DNA of 63,533 bases, counting the filler, from Collodictyon triciliatum (lineage: Eukaryota), in assembly GCA_043381765.1 (NCBI GenBank). It is 3 parts of 3 records of this genome, joined end to end, with 100 filler letters (N's around TTAATTAATTAA, not from the genome) between each part and the next. Parts side by side here need not be neighbours in the genome. Positions count along the whole stretch, not along the records: positions 42,917 to 63,533 come from JBHJMP010001175.1; 2 more parts are not named here. The stretch is one strand, 5' to 3'. Both the position numbers and the translations under genes were made by a program. Of this stretch, positions 59,958 to 63,533 are shown in pieces (position 1 is the first letter of the stretch; the number at the start of each line of letters is the position of its first letter). The notes under the pieces are model-generated. The model worked only from the letters and a program-made list of their open reading frames with translations. It searched no databases and was not told where the DNA came from.

Positions 59958-60812
59958 TTATGAGCAGAAGGCGTAGGGCCTGTGCAGGGCGGGGGCGTGG
60001 ACGTGGACGTGGACGTGGGCGGGGCGCCTGCGGAGGGGGCCGGAGTGGAGGGGGCGGTGGGGGTCGTGCGAGACGTGCGGGGAGGCGCAGGCCAAGGCGT
60101 CCGGGCGGGGGTCTCTGCGGCGGGGGCGGGCGGGGCCGTCGAGGTGCGTGATGTCTGTGCCGCGCAGCTCCTCCGTGGCGTTGAGGGCGCGCAGCTTGAG
60201 GCACAGCGGGCACTCGTGCAGGTGCCGCCGCCAGTGCTGGTTGCACGCGTTGCAGAACGGCGCAGACGCCCCCAGGTACCGGTACACCCGCTTCTTCTCC
60301 AGCCCGCAGCCGCTGCACGTGCGCGTGGCCCGGTGCTGCTCCTTGTGCGGCCCCGCCGGTGCTGCGCTCGTCGTCGTCGTCAGAAGCAGCGGCAGCGTTG
60401 TCGTCAGCGTCGGCGTGCCTGCCTGTGGCTGCCCAGCCGTCGGTGCGGGTGCTGCTGTGGCGGCGCTTGTGGCTGTGGCTGTGGCTGTGGTTGTGGCAGC
60501 ACCTGTGGCAGCGGGGCAGTCAAAGTCAAAGAAGGGATCGTCCAGGACCGGGAGGGCGGCGGCGTCCCACAGAGCGTCGAAGGAGGAGACGGGCGAGGCG
60601 ACGGACGCTTGCGAGGAGGCGGGTGGGGAGGCCAGCGGCGTCGGGTCGTCGCGTGTCCAGTGTGCGGAGTGCGTGGCGAGGAGGTGGTCCGTCCCGAGGG
60701 GTGCGCCGAACGGCTCCGCCTGCGCAGGGAGGTCCAGCAGCTCCGGGAAGAGGTCCGGGCATGAGGCGAAGAGGCTGCTGTCCAGGAAGAGGCTGTTGTC
60801 GTGGTGGGCCAT
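59958..60812 (-). CDS. Atypical GATA-type zinc finger protein (C-x2-C-x17-C-x2-C plus extra CxxC), single exon, GC-rich
   Basis: 284-aa ORF with an acidic/hydrophobic N-terminus, an A/T-rich linker and RTCSGCGLEKKRVYRYLGASAPFCNACNQHWRRHLHECPLC; strong GC3 bias; TATAAA box at ~61135-61140 on the minus strand. Confidence 0.75.
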   Translation of the reverse strand: MAHHDNSLFLDSSLFASCPDLFPELLDLPAQAEPFGAPLGTDHLLATHSAHWTRDDPTPLASPPASSQASVASPVSSFDALWDAAALPVLDDPFFDFDCPAATGAATTTATATATSAATAAPAPTAGQPQAGTPTLTTTLPLLLTTTTSAAPAGPHKEQHRATRTCSGCGLEKKRVYRYLGASAPFCNACNQHWRRHLHECPLCLKLRALNATEELRGTDITHLDGPARPRRRDPRPDALACASPHVSHDPHRPLHSGPLRRRPAHVHVHVHAPALHRPYAFCS

Positions 60813-61738
60813 CGAGTTTGGTGGTTGGTGGTTGGTGGTTGGTGGGTTGGTGGTGGGTTGGTTGGTTGGTTGGTTGGGCGCACTTGTCGGTCAGAGCAGG
60901 AAAATACGTCTGCGCTGAAAGCAAGAGGCAGGGGGGCGGGTTCTGCGGGTGGCAAAGGGGCGTTAGATCAACGGCAGGGCTTTGGGGGAGACACGTCGGC
61001 ATTTGGGGCAATGCACTCACCGGTTGGGCGAACTCGGGCGCGGGTGATCCCGGGGGAGGGCGGAGGTGTTTGGTGGGTGAGGATATTGTGATTCCCCTCG
61101 CGGAAGGGCTCCTGTTGCGCCAGTTGCGCGCTCATTTATAGTCTGCTGCCTTATGTGCAGCCGTGATCTCTGGCGCGATTATGTTCTGGATGTGTGGAAA
61201 GTGTAATTTATTCCAGATTTGTTCAAATGGATTGGGTTCTATGTGCGGTGACGTCACAGGTTGTGTATCTCCCTTTTCATTTCGGGCCTTTGCAGCAGGC
61301 GAGATTGTAAGAACAGCCCTGGAACACCTAACTGTATAGCGGAATACATACCTTTTCTATACGATATTCATACTTAATTATATATCATTCTTAATGAAAA
61401 TTATGGCAATTATTGATTGATAAATAATAATTTTATTATATTTTCCATATTAAAATGTATTCATATTAGGGGTATAGACCTCTATTACCCAAAAGAAGAA
61501 TTCAGAACGGGCGAACAGCAACGCCTGTCCACTGGCCAACCGTCCTTGGAAAACCAAGCGGCCCAAAGGGGAAGAAACAGTCAACCTTATTTGGCAGAAT
61601 TCTATTCTCGGAATTACCCGCAAGTATGTGCATATTCAGGAATAAATACCAAAAAGGATTTAAATCCAGAAAAGGTCAAATAAAGAAATCAGGGAATATC
61701 ATCGCCAAGCCTCAATTGTATGGATTCTACAACACTCT

Positions 61739-63311
61739 TTAGGCAAAGGGCGCATCCTCGTCCTCGGGCTCTGGTGCGGTGCTTCGTCCTTGTTGTGTCT
61801 GCCCTTTCTGGTGCCCAAGAGGGACTTCACCCTCGTGATGTGCCGCAGAGCCCGCAAAAAAGTGCGGGTGCAAACTTTGTGTTCCTTTTGATTGAAAGGC
61901 GCTCATAGCCCCCAAGACCTCGATTCTTGCAGGAATGGAATCTGAAGCCTCTTTCGGTAGTTCAGGGATGAGTCCTGGCTTCCTGCACCGGAGTAGAAAA
62001 CATAAATAAATAGAAAACAATATTGTAAAAATAATAAATATATCTGAGAACAGGATCTTTTCCTGCAAGGTGATCTCCCTTTTATTCAACTTATTTACTC
62101 AATATCACAGTTTGACCAATAAATATACTTTGTATATACACCCAGCTGAGATTTTTCGTCATTTTGCTATTCCCTTGTTTACAAAAAAGAAGAGAAAAAA
62201 AGAAGAGAAAAAAAGAAGAGAAAAAAAGAAGAGAAAAAAAGAAGAGAAAAAAAGAAGAGAAAAAAAGAAGAGAAAAAAAGAAGAGAAAAAAGAAGGAGGT
62301 ATATATATACTACTTGGTGGGTGCCAGTTCAGAGAGTTCGGTGTGAAGTCGTTTGAATTTTTGTAACTCATCTGAAACGTTTGGTACCTATATTTTACAA
62401 TATTTTCAGTGAGCACTAAACAATTATGTGATATTTTTGAACTTTCAAACAGAAAAATTGAAGGCAATTCATTCATTTTGACTATCATGCGCGATTCTAT
62501 TCCGAAATGAAGGTTATATCTGAGAATTTATGTCTTCATTTTCACCCAAATATGTATATCACTAGTATATTTTGCTTGATAATTCCAAACCACATTTTTG
62601 CTGGCAGTTTGAAAGAGTCTTAGAGGAACTGCTGCTTGACACTAAAGTGAAATTTAGTGTAGAAATTAAAATTAGATAAGTGAATAAGAGAAAAATTCGA
62701 CCCAAAATAAATAGTTAAATTGAGGATGTATTAACAAATCCATGAAATATTCACAAATGGTTCGTTTTCCAAAAACAAGAACTAAAAACAACCTCACGAA
62801 TGAAACGCCCCAGACCGTCATCCGAATCATCTATGGTATTCAATGCAAATATAGGATTCTATTGCATGAGCAGCAGAAATTATTACTGATTGATTGTTAG
62901 GTTGGAATTAGAGAAATTCTGTGGGGATTTCTTTTCAATTCTCAAAAAAATGGAAGAGTTCAGCCCTAGGTGTTCTACATACATCCAGAGATGAGGGTGA
63001 TGATTTTGTTGTGGCAAACTGCTCATCTTGTTTGTAAAGGCTTCCAGAACTCCCTGTTCTTGGCATTCCCTGCGGTCCAATTAGGGGTTGATTACTTGAT
63101 GTATTTAGTTCATGTGATAGCCACACCTAACGGAGGAGGAGACGGGAAAGATAGAAGATTCCTACAATGTTATCGATATGTATATCTAATTGGACAGAAG
63201 TATGATTTGGCTGGGAAATGTGTCGATTTTCTAACCCCAGTGTCCTCTTTTCTAAACGGTGCAACATTCAACTTTGCAGCCCTTGAATCCACTGAAATCG
63301 TAGAGCTAAAC
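61739..63311 (-). CDS. 3' exons of an unknown protein (continues past the window end)
   Basis: Chain of AG/GT-bounded exons FSSTISVDSR..|VWLSHELN..|DSDDGLGRFI|LSSSSSKTLSNCQQKC|DELQKFKRLHTELSELAPTK|KPGLIPELPKEASD..EPEDEDAPFA*. The last four junction phases fit; no domain recognised. Confidence 0.55.
62183..62295. repeat. 13-bp (AAAAAAAGAAGAG)n repeat, intronic
   Basis: Direct inspection. Confidence 0.92.
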
Positions 63312-63446
63312 TATTCAGATGATGAAACGATCATTTCATACATCATAACCAATAGTTTTTTTTTTAAAAAAAATTATCTCAATTATTCGCTAGCCTTAAT
63401 TATCACTACATTTTTCATCAAAAACCAAAACCAATTGAAAGTGAAT

Positions 63447-63521
63447 CAAAGCCAAAGCCAAAGCCAAAGCCAAAGCCAAAGCCAAAGCCAAAGCCAAAGC
63501 CAAAGCCAAAGCCAAAGCCAA
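63447..63521. repeat. (CAAAGC)n hexamer microsatellite
   Basis: Perfect array. Confidence 0.95.
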
Positions 63522-63533
63522 AACAAAAAAAAC

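Noticed and set aside
59806-61141. Several long overlapping ORFs on both strands around the GATA gene (similar shadows at 25944-26570 and 47319-48558)
   Set aside because: Expected shadow ORFs of GC-rich coding sequence; low-complexity translations.

Overview
Intron-dense eukaryotic (protist) DNA in the standard genetic code. It appears to be three assembly pieces joined by artificial 100-bp spacers (N44-TTAATTAATTAA-N44 at 20894-20993 and 42817-42916), with five further N gaps. I built the gene models by manual splicing. Piece 1: axonemal dynein intermediate chain DNAI1 (-), TRAPPC5 (-), telomere protein RAP1/TERF2IP (-) head-to-head with CHD1L/ALC1 carrying an extra C-terminal BRCT (+), and the 3' end of ARPC1 (-). 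Piece 2: a talin-F0/F1-like + RhoGAP + SH3-like protein lacking the arginine finger (-), an intronless PHO80/U-type cyclin (-), an intronless ~1910-aa pentapeptide/Sel1-repeat protein (-), a coiled-coil/NHL protein (-), and an RA-domain adaptor with LD-like motifs (+, truncated). Piece 3: DRC9/IQCG (+, 5' truncated), an LRR-PP2C phosphatase (-), a myosin VI-like motor with a C-terminal RUN domain (-), an intronless GC-rich atypical GATA-type zinc finger gene (-), and the 3' end of an unknown gene (-). The gene content suggests a flagellated, Arp2/3-bearing amorphean-type protist (inference). Most notable: the myosin VI-like/RUN protein (reverse-gear insert-2 present and apparently duplicated, insert-1 absent), the giant intronless pentapeptide-Sel1 protein, the ALC1-BRCT/RAP1 divergent pair, the pseudo-RhoGAP, and degenerate splice signals (GC donors, many AAG acceptors). 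I recognised no rRNA, tRNA, CRISPR array or intact mobile element. All family assignments rest on remembered motifs; no database search was run.
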